DNA from: Pseudomonadota bacterium
GTDB lineage: Bacteria; Pseudomonadota; Alphaproteobacteria; Rhizobiales; CALHAX01
Length of the DNA stretch: 40,054 nt
Assembly: GCA_038523655.1 (NCBI GenBank)
Contig: JBCBJG010000001.1
Span: 1 to 40,054, forward strand
Direction of reading: 5' to 3'
Part shown: in pieces, positions 9,277 through 18,167 of the stretch
Layout: each line of letters starts with the position of its first letter
Position numbering within the stretch: the first letter of the stretch is position 1
Notes under the pieces: generated by a model
The model's database searches: none
Told to the model about the DNA's origin: nothing
The model's input: the letters and a program-made list of their open reading frames with translations, nothing else
Position numbers and translations under genes: made by a program

Positions 9277-10044
9277 ATGGCCGTGACACTCGAGGAAATC
9301 TGGCGGTTCCCCGTCAAAGGATTGAGCGGAGAGCGGCTCGCGCAGGTCGATCTGACACCGCACGAAGCACTGCCGTACGATCGTGCGTTCGCGATTGAGA
9401 ACGGTGCAGGCAAGTTCGATCCGCTCGCGCCGAAGCACCTGCCGAAAATCGCGTTTTTCATGCTGATGCGGCACGAAAAGCTCGCGGCTCTGGAAACGCG
9501 GTTCGAGGTGGATAAAGAGCGGCTCGTGGTCATGCGCGAAGGTCAGCAGGTGGCCGCGGGCGTGCTTTCAACGCCGACCGGGCGCGCAATGATCGCGCAA
9601 TTTTTCTCTGCGTACCTGGGCACCGATGCGCGGGCGACACCAAGGGTAGTCTCAGCACCGGGGCATGTCTTTTCCGACATGGCGACACCGGCCGTGCACA
9701 TTGTGAACCTGGCCAGCGTGCGTGAGCTGGAACGCACGTTCGGTGCGCCCGTCGATCCGATGCGGTTTCGCGCCAACTTGATCATCGACGGTGCGCCTGC
9801 GTGGTCGGAGTTCGATTGGGTCGATCGCGACATCACAATCGGCAACGTTGTCCTGCGCGGATTTTGCCAAACGGAGCGTTGCGCGGCGACGGAGGTGAAC
9901 CCCTCAACCGCAGAACGCGACATGTCGCTTCCGCGGCACCTCGAACGCCATTTCGGCCATACCGACTTTGGGATCTACGCGACAGTCAAGACGGGCGGGA
10001 CGATCACCACCGGTGCCGAACTAGGCGTCGCCGAGACGGCGTAG
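9277..10044 (+). CDS. MOSC domain-containing protein (YcbX-like)
   Basis: 255 aa. The N-terminus (LEEIWRFPVKGLSGERL) is typical of the MOSC N-terminal beta-barrel, and a conserved Cys lies near the C-terminus (FCQTERCAATEVNP). Confidence 0.85.
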   Translation: MAVTLEEIWRFPVKGLSGERLAQVDLTPHEALPYDRAFAIENGAGKFDPLAPKHLPKIAFFMLMRHEKLAALETRFEVDKERLVVMREGQQVAAGVLSTPTGRAMIAQFFSAYLGTDARATPRVVSAPGHVFSDMATPAVHIVNLASVRELERTFGAPVDPMRFRANLIIDGAPAWSEFDWVDRDITIGNVVLRGFCQTERCAATEVNPSTAERDMSLPRHLERHFGHTDFGIYATVKTGGTITTGAELGVAETA

Positions 10045-10081
10045 GCACTGGCCTCCGCACTAGCTCGATAGGCTGGCTGCC

Positions 10082-12151
10082 TTACGCCGCGTCCTCCAGA
10101 AGCCCTCGGCCTTCCAGCAGCGCTTCTACGTCCGGAGCGCGACCGCGGAACGCGGCATACAGCACCTCCGGGTCCCGGCTCCCCCCGGCGCTGTAGATGT
10201 GGCGATGGAGCTTGGTTGCTGTCGGTTTGTCGAACAGATCGCCGGCCTCTTCGAAGGCGCGAAACGCGTCAGCGTCCATCACTTCGGACCACAGATAGCT
10301 GTAGTAGCCGGCGGCATATCCGTCGCCCGCAAACAGATGCAGAAAATGCGGCAAGCGATGTCGCGGGGTGATCGCGCGTGGCATGCCGATCTCCGACAGA
10401 ATTTCCTCCTCGAATGCGACCGGGTCCAGATCGTCCGCACCGCGTTCGTGGAGGCGAATGTCGAGGATCGCAGAGGCGAGATATTCCACCGTCGCAAAAC
10501 CCTGATTGAAATTCCGGGCGGCGCGGACCTTTTCGAGCAGCTCAGTCGGGATCGGCTCGCAAGTCTCGGCATGGATCGCGAAACGGGAGATAATCTGCGG
10601 CGCCATCAGCCAGTGCTCGAAAAGCTGGGATGGCAGCTCGACGAAATCGCGGGTGACGCTGGTGCCCGATACGCTCGGGTAGGTGACGTTCGAGAGGAGC
10701 CCGTGCAGCGCGTGGCCGAACTCGTGGAACAACGTCGTGGCGTCGTCATACGAAAGGAGCGCCGGGGCACCAGCGGGCGGTTTCACGAAATTCATGACGT
10801 TCACGATGATGGGCGTAACCGCCCCGTCGAGCGCCTCTTGCTGGCGGAACCCTGACATCCATGCGCCGCTTCGCTTCGTTGGCCGGGCGAAATAATCTCC
10901 GAGGAACAACCCGACATGCTCACCGGTCGCCGTGGTGACAGACCATGCACGGACATCCGGATGGTAAAGCGATAACCCGTCGACCGGTGCGAAGGTGACG
11001 CCGAACAAGCGGGTCGCTGTCTCGAACGCGGCGTCGATCATCTGATCGAGCTGGAAGTACGGTTTGAGCGTCGCCTCGTCGAGATCGTATGTCCGCTGCC
11101 GTACGCGTTCGGAAAGATAGCGCCAATCCCAGGGTGCGATGTCGTCGTTCAGTCCGGCGTCGGCGGCCTCGCGTTGCAGCGCTTCCTGTTCGGCGAGTGC
11201 GCGCTTACGGGCTGGCTCCCAGACCGTCTGCAGCAGTTCCTTGACCGCGGCAGGCGTCTTCGCCATCGCGGTATCGAGCTTCATGACGGCGAAGTTCGGA
11301 TCACCGAGCAGTCGCGCGCGCTCATGCCGGAGCGCGACGATCTCCGCAATCACCTCACGGTTGTCGGTTTTTCCTCCGCACGCGCCACGCTTCGTCCAGC
11401 CGGTGAAAGCATTCTCACGCAGATCGCGACGGGAAGAAAACTGTAGAAATGGGTCGATGCTCGAACGCGCAAGCGTCACGACACCAAGCGCATCGACCTC
11501 TCGCACGCGGGCCTCTTCCGCGGCTGCTTCACGCAGGAAGGTCGGCAGTCCGGCAAGGTCGTCTTCGGCTTCGAGCGGCAGTGTAAAGGCTGCTTCGTCT
11601 GCGAGGACGTTTTGTGTGAAGGTCGTGGTCAGCACCGCGAGACGCTCGGCACTCTCTGCCATGCGCTTGCGATCGGCTGCATCAAGCGCCGCGCCCGCAC
11701 GCACTGCGCCCTTCCAGTATTTCTCGAGGACGCGTGCCTGCTCTTCCGTCATGGCGAGGGCGTCACGGTCCTGCCAAAGCGCATCGATCCGCGCGAAGAT
11801 GCGTGGGTCCAGCTGGATTGTGGATGCATGCCGCGAAAGTTTCGGTGCGATCTCGCGTTCGACGGCCTGCAGTTCCGGGGACGTATGCGCGCTCGTCAGA
11901 TTGAAAAATGTGGACGCTACTCGGCTCAGCAAGCGGCCCGCGCGCTCGAGCATGTCGATCGTGTTCGCGAACGTCGGTGTCGACGGGTTGGTCGCGATTT
12001 CTTCGATCTCGTCGCGGTGCCGGGCGAACGCCACCTCGAAGGCGGGCGCGAAGTGCGCTGGTTCGAGTGCAGCGAAAGGCGGAAGCCCGTGTGGCGCGGT
12101 CCACTCGCTCAAAAGCGGATTATTGTCGTGTTGGTCAAAGGCGTTGGACAT
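10082..12151 (-). CDS. dcp: M3 family metallopeptidase, peptidyl-dipeptidase Dcp-like
   Basis: 689 aa with the zinc motif HEFGHALHG. Length and flanking blocks are typical of Dcp/oligopeptidase A. Confidence 0.9.
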   Translation of the reverse strand: MSNAFDQHDNNPLLSEWTAPHGLPPFAALEPAHFAPAFEVAFARHRDEIEEIATNPSTPTFANTIDMLERAGRLLSRVASTFFNLTSAHTSPELQAVEREIAPKLSRHASTIQLDPRIFARIDALWQDRDALAMTEEQARVLEKYWKGAVRAGAALDAADRKRMAESAERLAVLTTTFTQNVLADEAAFTLPLEAEDDLAGLPTFLREAAAEEARVREVDALGVVTLARSSIDPFLQFSSRRDLRENAFTGWTKRGACGGKTDNREVIAEIVALRHERARLLGDPNFAVMKLDTAMAKTPAAVKELLQTVWEPARKRALAEQEALQREAADAGLNDDIAPWDWRYLSERVRQRTYDLDEATLKPYFQLDQMIDAAFETATRLFGVTFAPVDGLSLYHPDVRAWSVTTATGEHVGLFLGDYFARPTKRSGAWMSGFRQQEALDGAVTPIIVNVMNFVKPPAGAPALLSYDDATTLFHEFGHALHGLLSNVTYPSVSGTSVTRDFVELPSQLFEHWLMAPQIISRFAIHAETCEPIPTELLEKVRAARNFNQGFATVEYLASAILDIRLHERGADDLDPVAFEEEILSEIGMPRAITPRHRLPHFLHLFAGDGYAAGYYSYLWSEVMDADAFRAFEEAGDLFDKPTATKLHRHIYSAGGSRDPEVLYAAFRGRAPDVEALLEGRGLLEDAA

Positions 12152-12303
12152 CGTCAGCTCACGGCACGTCGCGTCGGTACAGTCATCACCAATCTAATGC
12201 ACGATCGTGCTCATTGAAGTGCGCGCGAGGTCGCGGGGCGGACTGATCGAGAACGGCGGCGCTGCAATCCGCGGCGGACGGAGACCGTTACCGCCGGGCA
12301 GGC

Positions 12304-12837
12304 TCAGGCGCTGAAGGCGAGACGCACGCGGTCGACCTGGCTCGCGACGACATTTGCTGAGGCCGCCGGCGTGGGTGCCTGCCCGTCCGACTGGAATGTG
12401 ACGTCGAGGCGTTTGACCAGATCGAGCAGGCGGAAACTGGCGTGGATGAGTTCGCGCAACTTGTCCGGCAGGGCGTCGAAGTTGCGCACGTGGCTCGGGC
12501 GCGAAATCACGTCGAGCTGGATCTTGCGCCGCTCCGCCACCGCCTGTTCGCGATCAATCGACTGATCGTTCAGCGCGCGACGTATCAGCAGCCAGGATGA
12601 GACCTGCATGAGCCGCGTGGTGAGACGCATGCTTTCCGTCGCGTAGGCGAGAGACAGGTCCGTATCGAGCGCGCGCGCCTCACGGCGACCGGGCCCGTCA
12701 AGATAGGCCGCGGTTTCTTCGACCAGCGCCATGCCCTCGCGGTACAACTTCAGAAAGTGTTCCGAGCTCGCATACCGTTCCGTGAACGCAATCGGTTCGC
12801 TCGTTTCGATGGCTGTGCTGGTCGGGGACTTACTCAT
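12304..12837 (-). CDS. DUF1465 family protein (RcdA-like regulator of CtrA degradation)
   Basis: The block FTERYASSEHFLKLYREGMALVEETAAYLDGPGRREARAL...ESMRLTTRLMQVSSWLLIRRAL matches my memory of DUF1465/RcdA. I chose the in-frame ATG at 12837 (MSKSPTS...) over the longer track start at 12906. Confidence 0.75.
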   Translation of the reverse strand: MSKSPTSTAIETSEPIAFTERYASSEHFLKLYREGMALVEETAAYLDGPGRREARALDTDLSLAYATESMRLTTRLMQVSSWLLIRRALNDQSIDREQAVAERRKIQLDVISRPSHVRNFDALPDKLRELIHASFRLLDLVKRLDVTFQSDGQAPTPAASANVVASQVDRVRLAFSA

Positions 12838-13007
12838 GAACACGCTCACAAACTCACTCGATAGCCGGCGAATAGCTGACGATCTGGGCACGCGCTGGGC
12901 ATGCAAGGGGCAGACCGAAGGTGCAACTCTTTATGCGAGGGTCGGCCGCTTCGCTGAGTAAACCGTTAAAGCGCGTCCGCAATCCATCGCCCTATCCGAC
13001 AGCAGCC

Positions 13008-13036
13008 AAAAAAAGAGCCGCTACGAGAGCGGCTCT
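13008..13036 (-). terminator. canonical Rho-independent terminator (minus strand)
   Basis: Perfect 9-bp stem AGAGCCGCT (13014-13022) / AGCGGCTCT (13028-13036) with loop ACGAG. On the minus strand it is followed directly by a U7 tract (complement of A13008-13014). Confidence 0.75.
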
Positions 13037-13273
13037 GAAGTTGGATATAGGGAGGCGTCAAACGAGGCGGCCTGGCCGCTCGTCAATCCAGGAACTGGAT
13101 CTCAGCCAGGGTAGGTTCGTTGTCCTAACGAGCGGTTAAACGCGCAGCCAAAATGGGATTGCAGACCGGTTTTTGTCGGCATGCACGCCTCCAACACGGA
13201 GGCTGCGCGGTGGGCGCGGCAAAGATCACTCCCCGGGCTCGTGGACGCGCACCTCCAGCCCCAGGATCGCCGA
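13037..13273 (-). ncRNA. candidate sRNA or structured 3'UTR downstream of the DUF1192 gene
   Basis: About 240 nt lie between the DUF1192 stop and the strong terminator, with no convincing ORF. Hairpins are at 13187-13203 and 13062-13083, and a single-stranded CCUCCC (complement of 13050-13055) sits just 5' of the terminator. No Rfam family recognised by eye. Confidence 0.3.
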
Positions 13274-13468
13274 TCAGCTTTTGAAGATGTCTTCGGCGGC
13301 GTTGCGGTAATTGCCGCGCGCATCGATCTCTCTGCGAACCCGGCGCATTTCCTCCTTAAGCAGCGCCGTGCGTTCGGTCAGCTCCTCGATCGACAACTGC
13401 GACAGGTCTTCTCCGAGCGTCGCCTGGTCCTTCTTTGGCGACGTGCCGAAAACGTCGTCGATGTCCAT
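13274..13468 (-). CDS. DUF1192 domain-containing protein
   Basis: 64-aa product from the internal ATG at 13468: MDIDDVFG...LSQLSIEELTERTALLKEEMRRVRREIDAR... Short coiled-coil protein typical of DUF1192. Confidence 0.75.
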   Translation of the reverse strand: MDIDDVFGTSPKKDQATLGEDLSQLSIEELTERTALLKEEMRRVRREIDARGNYRNAAEDIFKS

Positions 13469-13602
13469 GGCCGCCTCGTTCGTTCGCGCCAACGGGTGTT
13501 GCGGCACGATTGTCTCGCCGTGGCGAATTTGCAAGACGGGACCGGCAAGCAAGGTCGGCAACAGCACCAATCAACGACGGGCAGACGAGGACGCAGGTGA
13601 TC

Positions 13603-14601
13603 ATGAGCGATGCGACGACCCGGATGATGGCAGTAGAACTCACCGCGAGCGGCGGGCCGGATATGCTCGAGATCCTCGACGCGGAACGTCCGTTCGCGCG
13701 GGAAGGCGAGGTGCTGATCGCCGTCAAGGCCGCGGGGGTGAACCGGCCAGATGTGCTGCAACGCCAGGGGCTCTATCCGCCGCCGCCCGGTCACTCACCG
13801 CGGCTCGGCCTCGAGGTGGCTGGCCACATCGCAGCCGTTGGACGGGGCGTGGACGGCTTTGCGGAAGGCGATGCGGTGACGGCGCTCGTCAACGGCGGCG
13901 GATATGCGGAATTCTGTGTCGCGGAGGCGGGATCTGTCCTGCCGATCCCGTCCGGAATGAGCATGATCGACGCGGCGGCGCTGCCCGAGACGGTCTTTAC
14001 CGTGTGGCACAACGTGTTCGAGCGGGGTGGCTTGCAGGCCGGGCAATGGCTGCTGGTGCACGGCGGCTCCAGCGGGATCGGCACCACCGCGATCCAAATG
14101 GCGAAGGCGCGCGGTGCACACGTCATCGCAACTGCCGGTACGGATGAAAAATGCGCTGCATGCCGCAGCCTGGGTGCTGACCGCGTGATCAACTACCACG
14201 CAGAAGACTACGTGGCGGCCACAAAAGAGGCGACAGGCGCTGGTGCGCACACGATACTCGACATGGTTGGGGGAGATTATATCGAACGGAACATGAAGGC
14301 GGCCGCACCCGATGCGCGGATCGTCCAGATCGCGTTTCTCAACGGAGCGCGGGCGGACGTGAATTTCATGCCGCTCATGCTGAAGCGGCTGACCCTCACC
14401 GGCTCGACGCTGCGATCACGGACGACGGAGGTAAAGGCCGGTATCGCAGCGGCCGTGAAGCGCGAGATCTGGCCGGCGATCGAGCGGGGAGAAGTTCGCC
14501 CAGTCATCGATTCGATCCACCCGCTCGAAGAGGTGCGCAAAGCCCATGAGCGGATCGATAGTGGGGCGCACATCGGGAAGATCATGCTGCAGGTCGGCTG
14601 A
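13603..14601 (+). CDS. NAD(P)H:quinone oxidoreductase (zeta-crystallin/PIG3 family MDR)
   Basis: ATG at 13603 is preceded by AGGTGA. Motifs GEVLIAVKAAGVNRPDVLQRQGLYPPPPG and the nucleotide-binding LLVHGGSSGIGTTAIQMAK are present. Confidence 0.9.
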   Translation: MSDATTRMMAVELTASGGPDMLEILDAERPFAREGEVLIAVKAAGVNRPDVLQRQGLYPPPPGHSPRLGLEVAGHIAAVGRGVDGFAEGDAVTALVNGGGYAEFCVAEAGSVLPIPSGMSMIDAAALPETVFTVWHNVFERGGLQAGQWLLVHGGSSGIGTTAIQMAKARGAHVIATAGTDEKCAACRSLGADRVINYHAEDYVAATKEATGAGAHTILDMVGGDYIERNMKAAAPDARIVQIAFLNGARADVNFMPLMLKRLTLTGSTLRSRTTEVKAGIAAAVKREIWPAIERGEVRPVIDSIHPLEEVRKAHERIDSGAHIGKIMLQVG

Positions 14602-14630
14602 CATCCCGCCCTGCATTCGCCGCTACTCGA

Positions 14631-15479
14631 TCACCATTTCAGGCCGTCGATCGCGGCGATAGGCTTGCGCGCTACATCGGCGAAGAGCGCATCGAGCGCC
14701 TGCTGATCCCGATCATCGTCCGGGCGCATGTGGATGCCACTCGGGACGAACAATGCGTCGATCCCGTTCGCGTTTGCACCGGCGATATCGGTTTTCAGGC
14801 CATCGCCGATCGCAAGCACACGGGTGTCGTCCGCCGGCGCACCACGGGCATCCGCAATTCGCGCGCGGCAAAGGTCATAGATTGGTCCATGCGGTTTGCC
14901 CGCATAGTCGACGTGCCCGCCGAGTTCGTCGTAGAGCACGGCCAAACCGCCAGCGCAGTGGACGATTTCCTCTCCGCGCTCCACCACCAGATCCGGGTTT
15001 GCGCAAATCATCCGCACGCCACGTTGCTGGAATGCGCCGAGCATGTCGCGGTAGTTTTCCGGTGTCTCCGTATAGTCGTCGAAAAGCCCGGTGTTGACGA
15101 TCAGCTCGGCGTCGTCCGCCTCCACCAGCCGCACATCGAGCCCATCGAACACGGGACGATCCCGGTCCGGACCGAGATGGAAGATCGGCACATCGCCGGC
15201 AGCTGTGATGAGATGGCGGGTGACGTCGCCCGACGTGACGATCGCGTCATAGGCGGAAGCCGGCACATCGTAGTGCACGAGCTGCGCGGCTACCTCGGTA
15301 TGCGGCCGGGGTGCGTTGGTAATAAGGATGACTGTGCCGCCGGATTGCTTGAAGGCATCGAGCGCCTGACGGGCGGCCGGAAACGCGCTTCGGCCGTTGT
15401 GAATGACGCCCCAGACGTCGCAGAGCCAAGCGTCATAGCGGCTCGCGAGTGTGCGCGCCGTCTGAATAATTTCGATCAC
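14631..15479 (-). CDS. HAD-superfamily class IIA hydrolase (TIGR01459-like)
   Basis: 282 aa. DVWGVIHNG is HAD motif I, followed by ILITNAPR and the C-terminal GDGLKTDIAGA. GTG start with GGGGA SD. Confidence 0.85.
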   Translation of the reverse strand: MIEIIQTARTLASRYDAWLCDVWGVIHNGRSAFPAARQALDAFKQSGGTVILITNAPRPHTEVAAQLVHYDVPASAYDAIVTSGDVTRHLITAAGDVPIFHLGPDRDRPVFDGLDVRLVEADDAELIVNTGLFDDYTETPENYRDMLGAFQQRGVRMICANPDLVVERGEEIVHCAGGLAVLYDELGGHVDYAGKPHGPIYDLCRARIADARGAPADDTRVLAIGDGLKTDIAGANANGIDALFVPSGIHMRPDDDRDQQALDALFADVARKPIAAIDGLKW

Positions 15480-15568
15480 GGTCGTCCCCGCTCAAACACT
15501 GACCGCGCTATCCCGTGGCGCTGGCGCCAGCGAAGGCGCAGCTCTGGATCGTGCGATGCGGGTCTGCC

Positions 15569-17809
15569 TTACGCTGCCGCCTGGTCGCCAGCAACTTCCG
15601 CGGCAACCTGCGGGAGCAACGGTTTCGGTTCGGAGAAAAGATAGCCCTGACCGAGGTTGGCGCCCGCCGCGACGACGCCAGCAAGCTGTTCCTTGCGTTC
15701 GACGCCGTCGACGATGACGGTTTGCCCGCTGTCGCGTGCGACGCTGTAGATCGTCGCGGCACGCTCGCGCGCCTCCGCTTCTCCCATCGACGGTTCGAGG
15801 AACGTGGTAAACGGCATTTTCAGATACGACGCGTCGATTTCCCTCCCGTTTGCGATCGCCTGCTCGGGATTGGTGATCCGATCGATCGAGAGACGAAATC
15901 CGAGCCCCGCGAACCGGGCGAGGTTGGTTGCAATCGCCTGATCGCCGAGCATGACCGTTCGGTGATCAATCTCAACGATCATATAAGGCGCGATGTCCCG
16001 CAGGCCGCCGGCCGCCTTGTTGAGATCAACAAAGAACGCCGGATCGCTTAGGGCGTCGGCGGAAATGTTGCAGAACAGAGGTTGCGCCTGTTGCCGCTCG
16101 GCGAGCTTGCGGACTAGGCGCGCGGCGCGGATGAAAATCATGTGGTCGAGCGCTACTGTTGCCCGTGCCTCGCGGGCAGCTTCGACGTGCTCCTCGGCCG
16201 CGATGACCTGGCCACCCGCCGCCGGAATGCGTCCAAGCACCTCGAAGAAACGTACCTTGCGATCCGAGATCGACAGGATCGGTTGCAGGTAGATTTCGAA
16301 CTTGCCGGAAACGGTCGCCCGACGAAGCGCGTCCGCGACCGGGCTGAGCGGTGGTTGCTCGGCAACGAGGCCTTCGAAGCCGACTGACGCAGGTGCGGTC
16401 GGGGCCATCTGAGTTGGGGCAGACGGCGGCGAGGTTTGATCAATCGGAGCGGGGGAAGACGGGCGATCGACATGCGCTGCTTGCTCGCCGAACCCGTGCG
16501 TATCAGCGGACCGAGTTTGCGAGAATGCATCCGCCTCCATTGCGTCGCTGAACTGGCTACGGCCCTGCTGGCTGAGTTGCTGAGCAACGGCCGATGTAAG
16601 CGACGTCTCGCCCGACTGACGGACACCGGGTTCGCGTTCAGCGGGTTGGCGCATTTGCAGGTGATCATGCTGTGTGGGCCGCCGCACATCAGCCGCCATT
16701 TCGCGCTCGGCCGACTGGACAATCGGGGTCGCCATACTGTTCGAGGGCTCGGCGACGAGGCCATCGATGTTGCGATCTGCCGTGTCCGCGATGTCTGCAT
16801 CGGGCAACGGACGCCCCTGACCGCCCGCGCGCTGAGCTTCTGCCGCGAACAACATGTCGTCTTCGGCCTCCTGCACGCGGACCCCACCGCGGCTTGGCGC
16901 ATCGGCGAATGCGGCAACCGATGAATCGAAGGGCACATGCTCGGGCGCCTGCCGCCGTGTCTCGTGATAGTCGTCGCGAAATGCGGCTCCGAGATCGTCC
17001 TGTCTTGCGTCGTTGCTTCGCGGATCATCGTTGGCGAAGACGCCGACTGCGTCCGTCGGGATGCGGTACATCGCTTGCTCGGCGACGGCGCGGTCGTCCG
17101 GCACGAAAGATTGCGCGTTTTGTGCGGCACGCTGTTCGGCGTGAAGCGTGTCGTCGACCGCTTCGTTGCCTGTCGGAGCACTGGTCAGCTCAGCTGGTTC
17201 TGCAACCCGCGCCGACGCGGGATCCGATGATGCCGGATGTGGAGCGGCGGGGATTGCGGCGCCAGCGCTAGACGTGCGCTGCGTGTCCGCAGGGATCGGT
17301 GGTGGCGAAGCGAGCCCGCCCAACGCGTCGATACGTGCGTCGCCCGCTCCGGCGCGCAGCTGCTCATCGATATGGTCAACCTGATCTTCGAGCCGCGTCA
17401 CGCGCCGATCGAGAATGTCGACGCCCTGCATGCGACGGACGAATACGTGGAGGAACGAGGTCGAGACGAACAGCATCAGCGCGGAGAGGATCGCGATACC
17501 GAGCGGCGTCGACAGATGGGCGTAAAGCCCGAGCCCGAGCGCGGCGGAGACGAGTGACATGGCGATGAACACGAGTGCATCGCCGCCGCTTGCGGCCCGT
17601 CGGCGTTGATAGTCTCCCGGGCTGGCCGCCAGCGCAGTTGGCGCGCTTACCGGCATCGCACCGAGCTCCGGCGCCGCCAGATCGATCGGCCCATCGGCAT
17701 GCGACGCGCGAAACGCGTCTGCCCGCCCACGTTGGCCGAACTGATCGGTCGCGATCTCGCGCATTCCCTCGAATTGCTCGCTGCTGCCCCGCATAGCGAA
17801 CCCCTTCAT
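15569..17809 (-). CDS. membrane-anchored EAL-domain protein (degenerate active site)
   Basis: C-terminal ~250 aa is an EAL domain (FEVLGR..., FCNIS, GQGYLFSEP). Upstream are two TM helices (ALVFIAMSLVSAALGLGLYA / GIAILSALMLFVSTSFLHVF), a short coiled coil and ~350 aa of low-complexity linker. The start is uncertain: the track uses TTG 17899, while ATGs occur at 17809 and at 17794 (the latter with an AAGGGG SD). Confidence 0.8.
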   Translation of the reverse strand: MKGFAMRGSSEQFEGMREIATDQFGQRGRADAFRASHADGPIDLAAPELGAMPVSAPTALAASPGDYQRRRAASGGDALVFIAMSLVSAALGLGLYAHLSTPLGIAILSALMLFVSTSFLHVFVRRMQGVDILDRRVTRLEDQVDHIDEQLRAGAGDARIDALGGLASPPPIPADTQRTSSAGAAIPAAPHPASSDPASARVAEPAELTSAPTGNEAVDDTLHAEQRAAQNAQSFVPDDRAVAEQAMYRIPTDAVGVFANDDPRSNDARQDDLGAAFRDDYHETRRQAPEHVPFDSSVAAFADAPSRGGVRVQEAEDDMLFAAEAQRAGGQGRPLPDADIADTADRNIDGLVAEPSNSMATPIVQSAEREMAADVRRPTQHDHLQMRQPAEREPGVRQSGETSLTSAVAQQLSQQGRSQFSDAMEADAFSQTRSADTHGFGEQAAHVDRPSSPAPIDQTSPPSAPTQMAPTAPASVGFEGLVAEQPPLSPVADALRRATVSGKFEIYLQPILSISDRKVRFFEVLGRIPAAGGQVIAAEEHVEAAREARATVALDHMIFIRAARLVRKLAERQQAQPLFCNISADALSDPAFFVDLNKAAGGLRDIAPYMIVEIDHRTVMLGDQAIATNLARFAGLGFRLSIDRITNPEQAIANGREIDASYLKMPFTTFLEPSMGEAEARERAATIYSVARDSGQTVIVDGVERKEQLAGVVAAGANLGQGYLFSEPKPLLPQVAAEVAGDQAAA

Positions 17810-18167
17810 GTCACCAAAGCCCCACCCGAACACATCGCGCGCCGTGATCCGCACACCTCCCCAGTATGCTGATCGGACGTCAGGAGACGGCGGAAACAAA
17901 CGCCCCGTTGCACCGCTTCCTGCGCATTACTCTCGTTCGCTTACGCCGACTCGTATGCGCAACACTGTGGCGGTCCTGCCCAGATCGACAACGAGAGCAC
18001 GGGACATATCCTCAGTTTTCACAGCCTGTTTGCCTTTGGGGGCTAGGCTCTGCGTGGGTGTGAGGCCAATTTGCCTCAATTGGGTCGCGGAATCGCTCTT
18101 AAGGCGTGGTTTACCGATTCAGGTTGAGTTCGCTGCTCGTTGCAGCGTTGTCGAACTAAGGTGTGTC

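Noticed and set aside
13090-13120. EcfG/general-stress-type promoter, GGAAC...CGTT, on the plus strand.
   Set aside because: The spacer between GGAAC and CGTT is 22 nt, not the 16-17 nt required. No plus-strand gene follows.
13108-13130. tRNA/tmRNA-like T-arm (GGTTCGTTGTCC).
   Set aside because: Only a 4-bp stem with an 8-nt loop. There is no acceptor stem, CCA context or tag-peptide reading frame nearby.
12960-13150. CtrA boxes (TTAA-N7-TTAA) near the RcdA-like gene; isolated TTAA motifs at about 12965 and 13136.
   Set aside because: No properly spaced second half-site was found at either position.
17940-18125. Three GANTC (CcrM methylation) sites in the EAL/SDR divergent intergenic region.
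   Set aside because: At this base composition about one site per 300 nt is expected by chance. Three sites in 270 nt is too weak an enrichment to claim without genome-wide statistics.
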